64,000 bases of DNA from Tubiluchus corallicola (lineage: Eukaryota > Animalia > Priapulida), in assembly GCA_030141605.1 (NCBI GenBank), contig JAQGDQ010000280.1, positions 239,887-303,886 on the forward strand. The letters are read 5' to 3'. Position 1 is the stretch's first letter, and every line of letters begins with the position of its first letter. Shown one piece after another: positions 26,401-39,688 of the stretch. Position numbers and translations under genes: made by a program. Under the pieces are notes generated by a model. The model was not told the DNA's origin. It searched no databases and saw only the letters and a program-made list of their open reading frames with translations.

Positions 26401-27050
26401 CACAAATTACAAGAAATCACAAAACATATATCGGAGTGAATGCTGGTAATGCGACACATGATTTATTGTAAATTTCATCCTACAAGATCCCTTGCAAGGA
26501 CAGACTTCGCGCTGTTTTCCCATTTCCATGTTAACCGTGAAGATAGCGTGCTTGTGTATTGCGTTCTCTTTTTCTTGACGTGTTTTCAGCCATTCCAAGA
26601 TCTTGTGTCTGAAATGTTTTTAATACATCTTTCTCAGTACATGACGATTAATTCATGTCCGATAGGATGTATGTCCGCTGCTTCAAGTTCTCTGCAAAAA
26701 ATACACAAACACATTACATTACACAGCTACACCAAATTTATACATGCTGTTATTATGGAAGCATGTTATCTGATAAACAAAAGATTTTATAACCATAACG
26801 ATGACATCACAGAAGTTAGATAGAGTTTTAAGTACTGCAGTAACTACACATTGTTTCATTTCATTGTAAATATTATTTGCATCACCTCTTATACCATGAA
26901 ATTTCTGTACTGTGTATATTGCCCAGTTTGAGTTTGGATAACTGCACAGTTTGAGTTTGGATAACTGCACATTTTAATTTTTGTCTATGACGATGTCCAG
27001 CGGAATTCGATTTCTGCTCCATCCATAAAAATCCAGTTTTTTTGGCAGAG

Positions 27051-27592
27051 TATGACCTCATGATATATTATGTTTCTATGAGGTCATACACATGAGTAGA
27101 TTATGAGCTCGGTCTAACGGCATAATTATGACCACTTTATGAGCTCACTATGACCTCATGATTATTATGTTTCTATGAGGTCATACACATGAGTAAATTA
27201 TGAGCTGAGTTTGACATCATAATTATTACCATTTTATGAGCTCACTATGACCCCATGATCATGATGCTTTTGTGACATCATACGCACAAGTAGATTATAA
27301 GCTCAGTCTCACGGCATAATTATGACCACTTTATGAGCTCACTATGACCTAATGATTATGTATTTCTGTGAGGTCATACATATGAGTAGATAATGAGCTC
27401 AGTTTGACATCATAATTATGACCATTTTATGAGCTCACTATGACCTAATGATTATGTGTTTCTGTGAGCTCATACACATTAATAGATTATGAGCTCAGCT
27501 GACATCATGATTTTGACTACCATATGACCTCATACTTATGAGTCAAATATGAGCATTTTATGATCTCATGTTGAGCTCATGTCTTGACTGGG
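27051..27592. repeat. Tandem repeat of about 97 bp, about 5 copies, with internal inverted motifs
   Basis: tatgacc starts at 27051, 27149, 27246, 27343 and 27439; tatgacctcat/atgaggtcata stems. Confidence 0.9.
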
Positions 27593-28396
27593 GATGCATC
27601 TCTTCTGAGTTCTCTACTGCATGTCAATCTCTTGGCTGTGGTTTGTGAACCTTTCAAGCCTATGTTTGTGTATGCTGTCGGTTTAAATGAAGGTGTTCAT
27701 TCGTTGATCTTTTGCTGCTTTACTAAAACATAATCTCCTAGCATTAATGTAATAATAATAACATAATTTATTAGCCTGACTTGTCATGAGGCTGTCTTTA
27801 CACAAGATTAGAGAAACAACTAAAATTTACAAAACACACAAGATTACAGAAACAACTAAAATTTACAGAACACGAATTACTAATGGCAAGTGAAAATAAG
27901 ATTGTTTTTCATTTGAGATTTAAAATGTAAAAATGATGGTTCCAAAGCTGTGAGGTGGCATAAGAAAATCATCAATGGAGAATAACCAATTCTTGGCACC
28001 TACAAATTGTTTAACTTACCTGATCTCAAGTGCCTTTATCTTTTGGTGCCCTTTACAGCAATGGCTTCCTGAGATTGCCAACACTTGACCTGCAATGTAT
28101 TTGAGATGCAGATCTTTTATTTTATTAGATAAGGTCTCAGCAGTCTGCACTATTGACACAGTTATAATGCCAAAGTGCAGGCCAGCTATCTGACTCATTA
28201 AAATTGTTCAGCTTTTTCTCCTGCATCTTAGCAATTATAATTACGAAAAATTAAAAATTTAGAACAAATGTAACTTCTTTGCTTCAAATTTTCATTAGAG
28301 ATAATTAAGCAAATCTGATACCTATTCACAAAAAGAAAAATGCACGCATAAGAATAAACATAAATAGGTTCAGCTATTTCTATTGGTGTCTAATCG

Positions 28397-28885
28397 TAGT
28401 CTGGAGTACAGATCTAACCACAGCCTGGGGAAGAGATCTAACCACAGCCTGGGGAAGAGATCTAACCACAGCCTGGGGAACAGATCTAACCACAGCCTGG
28501 AGAACAGATCTGACCACAGCCTGGAGTACAGATCTAACCACAGCCTGGGGAACAGATCTAACCACAGCCTGGAGTACAGTTCTAACCACAGCCTGGGGAA
28601 GAGATCTGACCACAGTCTGGAGTACAGATCCAACCACAGCCTGGGGAAGAGATCTGACCACAGTCTGGAGTACAGATCTAACCACAGCCTGGGGAAGAGA
28701 TCTGACCACAGTCTGCAGTACAGATCTAACCACAGCCTGGGGAAGAGATCTGACCACAGTCTGCAGTACAGATCTAACCACAGCCTGGGGAAGAGATCTG
28801 ACCACAGTCTGCAGTACAGATCTAACCACAGTCTGGGGAAGAGACCTGACCATAGACTGGAAAAAAAATCTGACCATAGTCTGAT
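28397..28885. repeat. 21-bp minisatellite with 42-bp higher-order alternation, about 23 units
   Basis: Units agatct(a/g)accacag(c/t)ctg followed by gggaag or gagtac/cagtac; 7-aa periodic ORFs on both strands. Confidence 0.96.
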
Positions 28886-29039
28886 TCACAGAATAGAATA
28901 ATGAATTCCCCAGTTTGGCTTGGGTCTAGACGTGTGCATTTCTGAGAACCATGTTTTTGACATTTTCAATAACAGTCATATTGGAACATAACCTGTTTTG
29001 TTCATCCATCTAACACCAAACTCGTTCACTCTACAAAAA

Positions 29040-29300
29040 CTACAATCACGGGTCACATGGCTATCATTAGTCTGTCTACTATACCTAGCCTAAATTTCTG
29101 GTCAAAGCTAGCTGTATTTTTGCTGTTAATTTTTACTTGCTCATCAGTGTGTTGAGATTCTATATCCATGTATTAATCTTTGTTCATGCTTTCCAAACTT
29201 TTTGCTTTCCTAATAACTGCCTCTAACATTACTACTTCTCCATACTGCTTGCAATTAAGTGATAATTCTACTCTTAACTTATCAGGACAAACTCATAACT
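29040..29300 (-). mobile_element. Possible highly decayed LTR-retrotransposon gag remnant
   Basis: My minus-strand translation gives CPDKLRVELSL..LEAVIRKAKSLES and SHVTRDC (knuckle-like). Weak. Confidence 0.3.
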
Positions 29301-29845
29301 AAGTTCTATAACTTTGTCACAACCTAACAAACCATCACAACGACATACTGTAAAAGAACGTTGAAGGTTCACAATGATTCCTCGGCTTTTGCCACAAGTT
29401 TTTCACTGTAGTGTTCTGGTAACCGCTCCATATTTCCTCCATGTTTAGCGTGTTTGCTTGTGAGTTCCTTGTGCTTAGTTAACAAAACTGCAAGTTTTGC
29501 GAAATCAATTTTTTTTCAGTTGCTTACAGCATCAATGTGCTTTGTCCTTTCAAATTTCCATTTCATGTTCTGTAAATTTTAGTTGTTTCTGTAATCTTGT
29601 GTGTTTTGTAAATTTTAGTTGTTTCTCTAATCTTGTGTAAAGACAGCCTCATGACAAGTCAGGCTAATAAATTATGTTATTATTATTACATTAATGCTAG
29701 GAGATTATGTTTTAGTAAAGCAGCAAAAGATCAACGAATGAACACCTTCATTTAAACCGACAGCATACACAAACATAGGCTTGAAAGGTTCACAAACCAC
29801 AGCCAAGAGATTGACATGCAGTAGAGAACTCAGAAGAGATGCATC

Positions 29846-30387
29846 CCCAGTCAAGACATGAGCTCAACATGAGATCATAAAATGCTCATATTTGACTCAT
29901 AAGTATGAGGTCATATGGTAGTCAAAATCATGATGTCAGCTGAGCTCATAATCTATTAATGTGTATGAGCTCACAGAAACACATAATCATTAGGTCATAG
30001 TGAGCTCATAAAATGGTCATAATTATGATGTCAAACTGAGCTCATTATCTACTCATATGTATGACCTCACAGAAATACATAATCATTAGGTCATAGTGAG
30101 CTCATAAAGTGGTCATAATTATGCCGTGAGACTGAGCTTATAATCTACTTGTGCGTATGATGTCACAAAAGCATCATGATCATGGGGTCATAGTGAGCTC
30201 ATAAAATGGTAATAATTATGATGTCAAACTCAGCTCATAATTTACTCATGTGTATGACCTCATAGAAACATAATAATCATGAGGTCATAGTGAGCTCATA
30301 AAGTGGTCATAATTATGCCGTTAGACCGAGCTCATAATCTACTCATGTGTATGACCTCATAGAAACATAATATATCATGAGGTCATA
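29846..30387. repeat. About 97-bp tandem repeat (mirror copy)
   Basis: Reverse complement of 27051-27592. Confidence 0.9.
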
Positions 30388-31037
30388 CTCTGCCAAAAAA
30401 ACTGGATTTTTATGGATGGAGCAGAAATCGAATTCCGCTGGACATCGTCATAGACAAAAATTAAAATGTGCAGTTATCCAAACTCAAACTGTGCAGTTAT
30501 CCAAACTCAAACTGGGCAATATACACAGTACAGAAATTTCATGGTATAAGAGGTGATGCAAATAATATTTACAATGAAATGAAACAATGTGTAGTTACTG
30601 CAGTACTTAAAACTCTATCTAACTTCTGTGATGTCATCGTTATGGTTATAAAATCTTTTGTTTATCAGATAACATGCTTCCATAATAACAGCATGTATAA
30701 ATTTGGTGTAGCTGTGTAATGTAATGTGTTTGTGTATTTTTTGCAGAGAACTTGAAGCAGCGGACATACATCCTATCGGACATGAATTAATCGTCATGTA
30801 CTGAGAAAGATGTATTAAAAACATTTCAGACACAAGATCTTGGAATGGCTGAAAACACGTCAAGAAAAAGAGAACGCAATACACAAGCACGCTATCTTCA
30901 CGGTTAACATGGAAATGGGAAAACAGCGCGAAGTCTGTCCTTGCAAGGGATCTTGTAGGATGAAATTTACAATAAATCATGTGTCGCATTACCAGCATTC
31001 ACTCCGATATATGTTTTGTGATTTCTTGTAATTTGTG

Positions 31038-31162
31038 ATATATAACAGACACATACACATATATATAACATATACGTATATATATACCCACACCCACACG
31101 CATATATATATACCCACACCCAAATGCATATATATATATATATATATATATACCCACATCCA

Positions 31163-31194
<32 letters not shown>

Positions 31195-31353
31195 CAATAT
31201 ATACATATATATATATATATACCCACACCCACACACATATATATAATATATACATATATATATACCCACACCCACACACATATACATAATGTATACATAT
31301 ATATACCCACACCCACACACATATATATACCCACATCCACACACACATATATA

Positions 31354-31387
<34 letters not shown>

Positions 31388-31809
31388 CCACACCCATACA
31401 CATATATATATACCCACACCCACATGCATATATATATATATACCCACATCCACGCACACACATATATATATATATAATATATACATATATATATACCCAC
31501 ACCCACACACATGTATATATATATATATATATATACCCACATCCACGCACACACATATATATATATACCCACACCCACACACATATATATATATATACCC
31601 ACATCCACGCACACACATATATATATATACCCACACCCATACACATATATACAACATATACATATATATATATACCCACATCCACACACACACATATATA
31701 TATAATATATACAAATATATATATACCCACACCCACACACAAATACATAATGTATACATATATATATACACACACACACACATATATATAATATATACAT
31801 ATATATACC
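31038..31809. repeat. Compound microsatellite (mirror copy)
   Basis: Reverse complement of 25629-26400. Confidence 0.97.
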
Positions 31810-31912
31810 CAGATTGGAAACAGGAAGTACTATTACTAATCTTGTAAATATGTCAGATGTAGAACAAGTTAATTCAGAACAATTGGATATATACTAAAAT
31901 GCTGATGAGCAG

Positions 31913-32818
31913 TTGCCAAGAGCAATAAATAGTGTTACTGCAATTTGTGATGATCCAGATTTTGAATCTGAACAGCTTCAATATGCCATTGATGATTTAC
32001 ATGCCATTCTTGTCATTAATTGGTCCGTCAACGAGTTTAATTCCAGTAAGGAAGATTGGTGTAACTACCAGCAGCGGTTAGAAGCGTGGATGAGAGCGAA
32101 TAATATTAATGACCAACAGAAGGTAGATGTTTTCTTGTCATTAATTGGTCCGGAAGCGTTTAGCTTAGTGTCCTCTCTTGTAACGCCAGATCCGGTGAAT
32201 ACAAAAACTTATGTGGAACTGATAAATAAATTATCGGATTATTATAAACCACGCCGTAATAAGATAGCTGAGAGACTAAGACTTCGTGACAGAAAACAGC
32301 GTGAAGGTGAATCTATTGCGGAATATATTGTAGAACTACAGAAATGCAGTATATATTGCGAATTTTCAGCTCAAGAGCTGTCTGACAACTTGCGTGACAC
32401 TTTTGTGTGTAGGCTTCGCACTGGAGCAATACAAAAGAAATTATTGGAAAGTTCTGATTTAACGTGGAACACAGATAGGGAGATAGCATTAAATATGGAG
32501 GCAGCTACACAAGACACAAGTACACTTTGTGGCAGCGGATATGGTTCATCCGAGGTAAACTAAACTGGAAGAGGTAAAAATTTGAGAAAGAAATTGGTAA
32601 AACCTAGTTACCCAATGATTGTAAATAAACCGCATGTTTCAAGTAAATGCGGTCGGTGTTTGGGTGCGCATGAGGCATGGAGGTGTGAGTTTAGGAACGC
32701 CAAATGTTATAAATGTTCAAAAATTGTGTGTATTGCAAAGGGGTGTAGAAGTGGACGTGCTCAAGGAAAAAGGGCACCTGGAAATACCAATATTGTTAAT
32801 CCAGACAGTAATTAGTGC
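31913..32818 (+). mobile_element. Ty3/Gypsy gag fragment (mirror copy)
   Basis: ORFs 31913..32563 and 32582..32815 are identical to the left-arm copies. Confidence 0.9.
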
Positions 32819-33447
32819 AGAGATAATGATTGTGCTGATGTGGTTCATGTTAGTTCCTTGTATAATCTTGGTACAGCTAAAAGTGCTACTACAAATGAGT
32901 ACCAAGTGAGTGACATTGTGAACAGGAAGCCAGTTTAGTTGTCGCAATTCATTATAGTTATGTTCAGTTAATATGTTCAATTCAGTACATATTACTCTGG
33001 TTGTTTGATGGGTTTTCCCCAAATTACTTAACTGCGTAAATTTATATGGTTTGAGAGAATCAAACAAGTTAAATAATATCTAATTCTATGTAAGCTCACA
33101 GTGGTGTATTCATTGTGCATTGAAGTTGTATTGCACATTTCAGAAGGCATCTTTTGTTAATTTTTCTTAAATGTGTTAACTTTATTTTGAAGCTAGTTTA
33201 TATCTAGAGCGGAGGATCGTTATGTATTTATCCATTTGTGATGTCTGATGAATAAATTATGTTTATCAGCAATGGCTGCTTTGTGTAGTTCACAGTAAAT
33301 TTGACTGTGAATCAATGCAATTTAACTATAGTCATATTATAATTGTACACTGGGCATCAGTTGTGTAGCAAAATTATTCGTTGTTGGGTTGTGTGCAATG
33401 ACTGTTACGGTCATGTTATTTTCGTGTCTCACAAAATTACAGAATTG

Positions 33448-35468
33448 TGTGTTTTTTCCTGCGAATCCTTAGTATAAACTGGTATTAGCAGAATTGTAAA
33501 GTTACCAGGAAAACAATAGTGCCATCTATAATCAAATTACAGCAAGGCGTTATCATGTTTTCTGTAAAAAACTAAATATCTTTTGGTCACACATCGAGTT
33601 TTGGCGGGAAATTTGGTCATCTCTGCTGACGTGCTGTGCCTGGAACCAGCAAAACAAGATCATCACAACTATTCCGGCTAATTAGCTAATGATACGTCAG
33701 ATACCAACGACGCGAGTCAGTCCAGTGCTACGTTAAACACCAGAAATAGTTTCCAATTCTGCAGGAAATCTAATGGGCTAGTCAAGCAAAGAAAAGTAAT
33801 AGCAATTACCTGTGACAAATGCTATTCAAAACATTCAGACTCCGATCACCCCGTCTACGCAAGCTCAAACGGAAAGTGATGTTGTTTTACCAAAAATCTC
33901 TGTATCTTGTAGAAGTTGGGGCAGCGAAGCTGATTTAGCAAATGACGATTTACTGGGTTATTCTAGGGAGTTATCTTCAATAGCCTGCAGTATGATTAAC
34001 CATGAGAAAAGTAACAAGAAGTTGATCGAAATTATTCGTCTGCTGAACAACAGCGAAGATGATCTTCCACGAGAGGAACTCATGATCAGTAAAATCACAG
34101 ACGCTGTATCACGTAACTTAGGTCAAGTTACAGCGAAAACCACGAGAAATACCAGCCAGCAAAGTGTGTCGCATTTGTACGACCCGGACAGAACAATACT
34201 CATTGAGAACGTTAATGATAAAGACATCGCAAAAACTAGCATGTCTATAAAGAAGAACCTTAGCCACTGTTTCTCTAGAACTCGTTTTGATTAGCTTTCA
34301 GGACGGCAACTGGAAAAATCCAACTGCAACTTCCGGACATCGAAACAGCAAACGACATTCTTCAGAAATGGCAGCCATGTTTTCTAGGTGACAATACAAA
34401 TGCGAGAAAACCTAAGAACCAATTCTGGGGTCTCCTACGAGATTGTGATCCCAGCATGACAGAGGATGAAGTCCTGCATGACGTCCAGCAATTTGATTGC
34501 GATGCAGCTATAGAACGTTTCAAGTTCAAAAGTGGTAAACCAACGACTCTTGTAAAAGTGAAATTCAGTAGTGCAGACATGTTGAATGAAGCCAAAAGGA
34601 AAGGAATAGCCATCGGTCACCTAATTTGTGGTGTGGAACAGTTTGTCACCAAGCCAAAACCGCTACGCTGCTTCAAGTGCCAAAATTTTGGTCACGTCTC
34701 AAAATGGTGTAACAGAACTGTGATGTGCGGTATCTGCTCTTGCAAGCACAATACATCAGACTGTGACTCCAACGAAAAGAAGTGCTCCAATTGCAAGGGG
34801 GCACCACGAGGCCAGAAGCAAAACCTGCCCGAAGTACCAAGCATAGGTGAAATGATTATCTGGTAATAACGTTCAATAACTACTATGATCACTAATAATC
34901 AAAATGATAATTGTTCAATATGTTTTAATAAGGTACAGAATAATCACAAAGGTATGTTATGTAGCATTTGTGGAGATTGGCACACTTGGTTTGTGCTAAT
35001 CTAACGGCAGAGCAAGACAGTGTTTTAACTAGTGTAGATTCGTGGTAATGTACAAACTGTCTTGCAGATATATTGCCCTTCAATAATATAGAAAATGAAA
35101 TGCAATTCAAAAATGCTATTGACCTGATCGATTTACCCGATTCAGTTACATTACAACTTAATGGATTACATCTAAATCCATTTGATCATAATGAAAGATT
35201 ATTGTCTTCACAATATGCAGATTTAGATCCAGACCTAAACTTCTATAACAGAATTGGTAGATTAAAGCGTGACTATACCACAGATATCAACCTAAATACT
35301 TCTAAAATAAAATCTAACACAAACACGAACACCAGGGATACTCAGCTTTCGATATTCGATCGTAACTGTAGAAGCATGTCAAAGAACTTTTGTCACATAA
35401 TTTACTGTCCACGTTGAATGGTTTTACAGAAACCTGGCTTAATGATCAGAATAAAGATGAATTCTCAA
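33448..35468 (+). mobile_element. LINE ORF1 and start of ORF2 (mirror copy)
   Basis: ORFs 33812..34294, 34456..34866 and 35073..35417. Confidence 0.85.
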
Positions 35469-36717
35469 TAAAGCATTATAATCACTACTCAAAAACCAGC
35501 AAACAGAGAACAGTGTGACAGCTCAATACAATAGTGTTCTCATTTTATCGTACTAATTAAATTTCTACAATTAGGTTTGCTAAGTTAAGCGGAGTAGTGC
35601 CAATAAGTTTAATTTTGTAGTGCTAAGTGAAAATTTTATTTTGTTTATCTATGTAATTATTATCTCTCAGGCTAGTATAGTAGTGACATCTACTGCCAAC
35701 TTTGTTTATCAAAGAAAGAAACCAGGGACATGAATTGACAGGTGTACTTCCTTATTTGGAAAGTTTGACCACCAATCCTGAGTGATGATAAATAGGACAT
35801 TCACAGCTGCTACTCTTTATAACCTGTTTGATTGGTCAGATTTAGGTGATGAGCCAACCTTTACATGATATGCAGCCATTCAGCTTAGAGCAAACAGGTT
35901 TTACCTGGGAAAACGAGATCACAGAGCAGGGTGTGAAAAGTGTGGCTTTGCAATATGGTTACTCTACTTGAGTTTTATCAATTCTTGGTTTAAAGGATAA
36001 TATTGCATTTATTAATGGCATTTCCTAAGCAGAAACAGAGTACTTTTACAATGGTTAGTCTCAGTCTTTGTGATCCCGGGCTCTCCATCATTTAGGAAGC
36101 CCCTAGAGACTTTGTCACTTATGGTGGAGGAGACCAGGTCGTGAAATGGACTATTGGTAGTTCTCAGAGAACCAGCCTGTGGTCAGTCTTCCTGTCAGTG
36201 TCTTCAGATACGCCGGACTTGATACAGCGCATTCCTCAGTTGATGGAGTTAATGCCACGCCTGCTGTCACCTAATTGTCTGACCCTGAAGTTACCGTTTG
36301 GGAAGCCTGCCGTCAGAGTGTTCCAGTACACGCCGCCGTCGACAGCGACAGTGACGAGGTTAAGCTAGCTAGCCAACGTGTGCACAGAGACTCACGATAA
36401 GTACAGTTTATGGTGTTTGTGGTACAACTTAAAAATCTCGCGTAAAAATTAAAGACAGTAGCTAAACTATAATTTGTAGTATATATTTGTTTACTATTTC
36501 TCAAATGTGTTTTTCTTATGTTGAAATAATATTGAGTTTATAGCTAATTGGTCGTTTGTCTATCTGTTCTGATAATGTTAGATTCTCACGTTAAGGAAGC
36601 TCGCCAGGGACCCACAGCCTTAGATCAAATAAAACTTGCTGTTTCTTTAAGTATTTATGGTGTGTTAGCACCAGTGTTGTAGTGATAATCTTGCCATCCT
36701 GACATAAACACATTTAC

Positions 36718-39688
36718 AGCATTTTAGGCCAAACGGATTATCACAAACAGGTGGTGGAGGGGTTTCCCTGTATATAAAGGATGATTTAAACAGTAAACCT
36801 CGTAATGACTTAGACTGTTTCCATGAACAAACCTGTGAATCACTGATTGTTGAAATTACCCAAGAAGTTACAAAAAATATTTTAGTTGGAGTGTTATACA
36901 GGCCTCCGGGTACCAGTATCCCAGTATTTCTTGATGGTTTAGATAACCTTCTCTCTAAAATAATTGATGAAAACAAGCACATCTTTATCTGCGGCGATTT
37001 CAACTTAAACTTGCTTAACTGTGACTCGCACGAAGGAACTGAATCTTTTCTCAATTGCCTACTTAGTCATTCATTGTATCCCATAATCACCAAACCAACA
37101 AGAATTACTACTTACTCAGCAACTTTAATCGATAACATATTTACAAACTGTGTGTCAAATGACAATCTAAACTAGGGCATTCTCTACAGTGATATGTCTG
37201 ACCATTTTCCTATTTATTCAGTAACTAGCTTAAAAGAGGCACTTCATTCAAAACCAATAGTTTCAAAATTTAGAATCTTTAATGATAGCACCATCGCAGA
37301 CTTCAAGTCCAAACTAGCATCCCATGACTGGTCCCAAATCTTTTGCATACAAAACCCTGACTCGGCATTTCAATCCTTCTTTAAAGATTACTACAATATT
37401 TACAATGATAGCTTTCCACTAGTCACAAAAATAGTAAAGCCACGGACGTTAAATAAACCTTGGCTAACAAGCGGCTTGATACACTCAATTAAACACAAAA
37501 ATAAATTATATAAGCTAAAATTAAAAAACCCTACTGATCTGAACATTGACCATTATAAAACTTATAGAAATAACCTAACGTCAATACTAAGAAAAGCCGA
37601 AAAAGATTATTATGCCAATACAATTAAAAGTAATATGAATAACATGAGAAAAACGTGGAAAATCATAAATTTAGCTATTAATAAAAAAGATACTTCTCAT
37701 ATAGAACAGTCACATTTCAAAAAATCACATCATAACCCAATGACATCAAAAGAAATATCGGATGGCTTTAATAACTATTTTGTAGATGTAGGATCAACTC
37801 TAGCAGGAAAAATTCCAACTACAAATACATCATATTTTTCATACTTACCAAATGCATGTAGGAATTCAATGCAGTTGCTTCCAAATGACAAAACGGAGCT
37901 ATTAAATGTGGCAAATAATTTAAAAAAAAACAGTACAGGGTATGATGATCAATCACAAATTATCCTTAAAAAATCCATCAACTGTATTGCTGAAGCTCTA
38001 CTTTATATGTTTAACAAGTCATTTTCAACAGGTATAGTCCCAGACTCTCTGAAAATAGCTAAGGTTAATCAAATTTTTAAAACTGGTGATAAGTCCCAGT
38101 TTCAAAATTATAGACCCATTTCAATTCTTCCCTGTTTTTCCAAAATTCTTGAAAGACTAATGTATAATAGACTACTAAGTTTCATTAAAAAAACAATATA
38201 TTATATAACAAACAACTAGGCTTTAGACAAAACCACTCCACTTACATTGCTCTACTTGAACTTCTTGATTTAATATCAAATGCAATTGACAATAATGAAT
38301 TTACAATAGGTATTTTTATTGATTTATCTAAGGCCTTTGATACTATTGACCATCAAATACTCTTAGATAAATTAAACAACTATGGTGTCAGAGGTCTACC
38401 TTTACAGTGGTTTACAAGTTATTACACAACAGAAAACAATCCGTACTAATTGAAAACACATTTTCTTCTTTGAAGCAAATCAATTATGGTGTCCCCCAAG
38501 GCTCAATCTTAGGTCCATTGCTTTTTCTTCTCTATATTAATGATCTCCACAATGTCTCCACTCTGCTAGACTTCATTTTATTTGCCGATGATACTAACAT
38601 ATTCTATAATCACTCAAACTATGAATCAATGATAAACACTGTAAACCAAGAACTTGTACACCTCTCCACCTGGTTTAAAGCTAATAAGTTATCACTGAAT
38701 ATTGAAAAAACCAAATTCATTGTATTCACAAATAAAAATAAAAGAATGCCTAGAAATCTCGCGGTTAAAATCGATGAAGTCCCAATAGATCAAGTAAAAT
38801 ATACTAAGTTCTTTGGCATCATCATAGATGAACACCTAACTTGGCAAGAACATCTTAGATTTATCGAAAGCAAAATCTCAAAAACCATAGGTATTATATA
38901 CAGAGTTAGACACATATTGCCTAAATCAGTACTTGTATTATTATATAATTATCTTTTTTACCATATCTTATTAATTCAAACTTTAGTTGGGGAAGCACAT
39001 ACACCAGTCGAGTGAAAAAAATTCATCTGATTCAGAAGAAAATAGTTCGAGCTATAACATTTGCCGGTTATCAGGACCATACACCGCCAATATTTAAAAG
39101 ACTACACTTTTTAAACATTCATGACATTAATAAGTTCCAAACAGCCATTTTCATGTACAAATTCTCTCATAAATTATTGCCTCCCTTATTTACTGATTAT
39201 TTTTGTTTGAATTCTGAGATACATAATTACGGCACACGTTATAGACTTAACTATCACTACATACAGTGCAACACAAATGGTAGAAAATTTTCTATTAAAT
39301 GCAATGGCCCTTACATATGGAATTCAATTGCTCCAGCTATTAAAAATGCCAACTTGCTGTCCATATTTAAAAAAAATTATAAATTAAACTTACTTGAAAC
39401 ATATAACTGATCACTCAATCATGATTTGTTGTTTTTCATTTTCAAAAACTTCCCCTCTAGTATAATAATATTTTTATTACTTCCCACCCATATTTATATT
39501 TGTATATATTGTAATTTTTTTCGTCACTAATTCTAGTAGCCTACCATAAGCTAGCTTCTTAGGTCTCTAGCGCAGAATTCATGAACTGTATCATATTTTT
39601 GTATTAACAAAAACTGATTATCGTTGCACATGTAATGTATATGTTTATTGCGAAATAAATCTATAAAAATCTAAAAAAAAATCTAAAA
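36718..39688 (+). mobile_element. CR1/L2-group LINE ORF2 and 3' UTR (mirror copy)
   Basis: ORFs 36891..37175, 37194..38219, 38407..39015 and 39012..39410 with endonuclease and RT motifs. Confidence 0.94.

Larger units (their letters stand above)
1..27872. repeat. Left arm of giant inverted duplication (may extend beyond window start)
   Basis: ORFs have mirror copies with coordinate sums of 57433-57439 (e.g. 18028..18426- vs 39012..39410+; 1221..1889+ vs 55549..56217-). Window start tcctgcacgcaa is the reverse complement of ttgcgtgcagga ending at 57432. Confidence 0.98.
27873..29565. other. Unique spacer (loop) of the palindrome, about 1.7 kb
   Basis: Mirror symmetry is absent between these positions; no mirrored ORF pairs. 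Confidence 0.93.

Noticed and set aside
25638-26471. 260-277 aa ORFs rich in Y/I/V/C (and mirrors at 30967-31800)
   Set aside because: Translations of a stop-free microsatellite in all three frames; not genes.
28383-28901. Repeat-protein gene or CRISPR-like array
   Set aside because: Contiguous 21-bp units with no unique spacers and no cas genes; open frames follow from the unit length.
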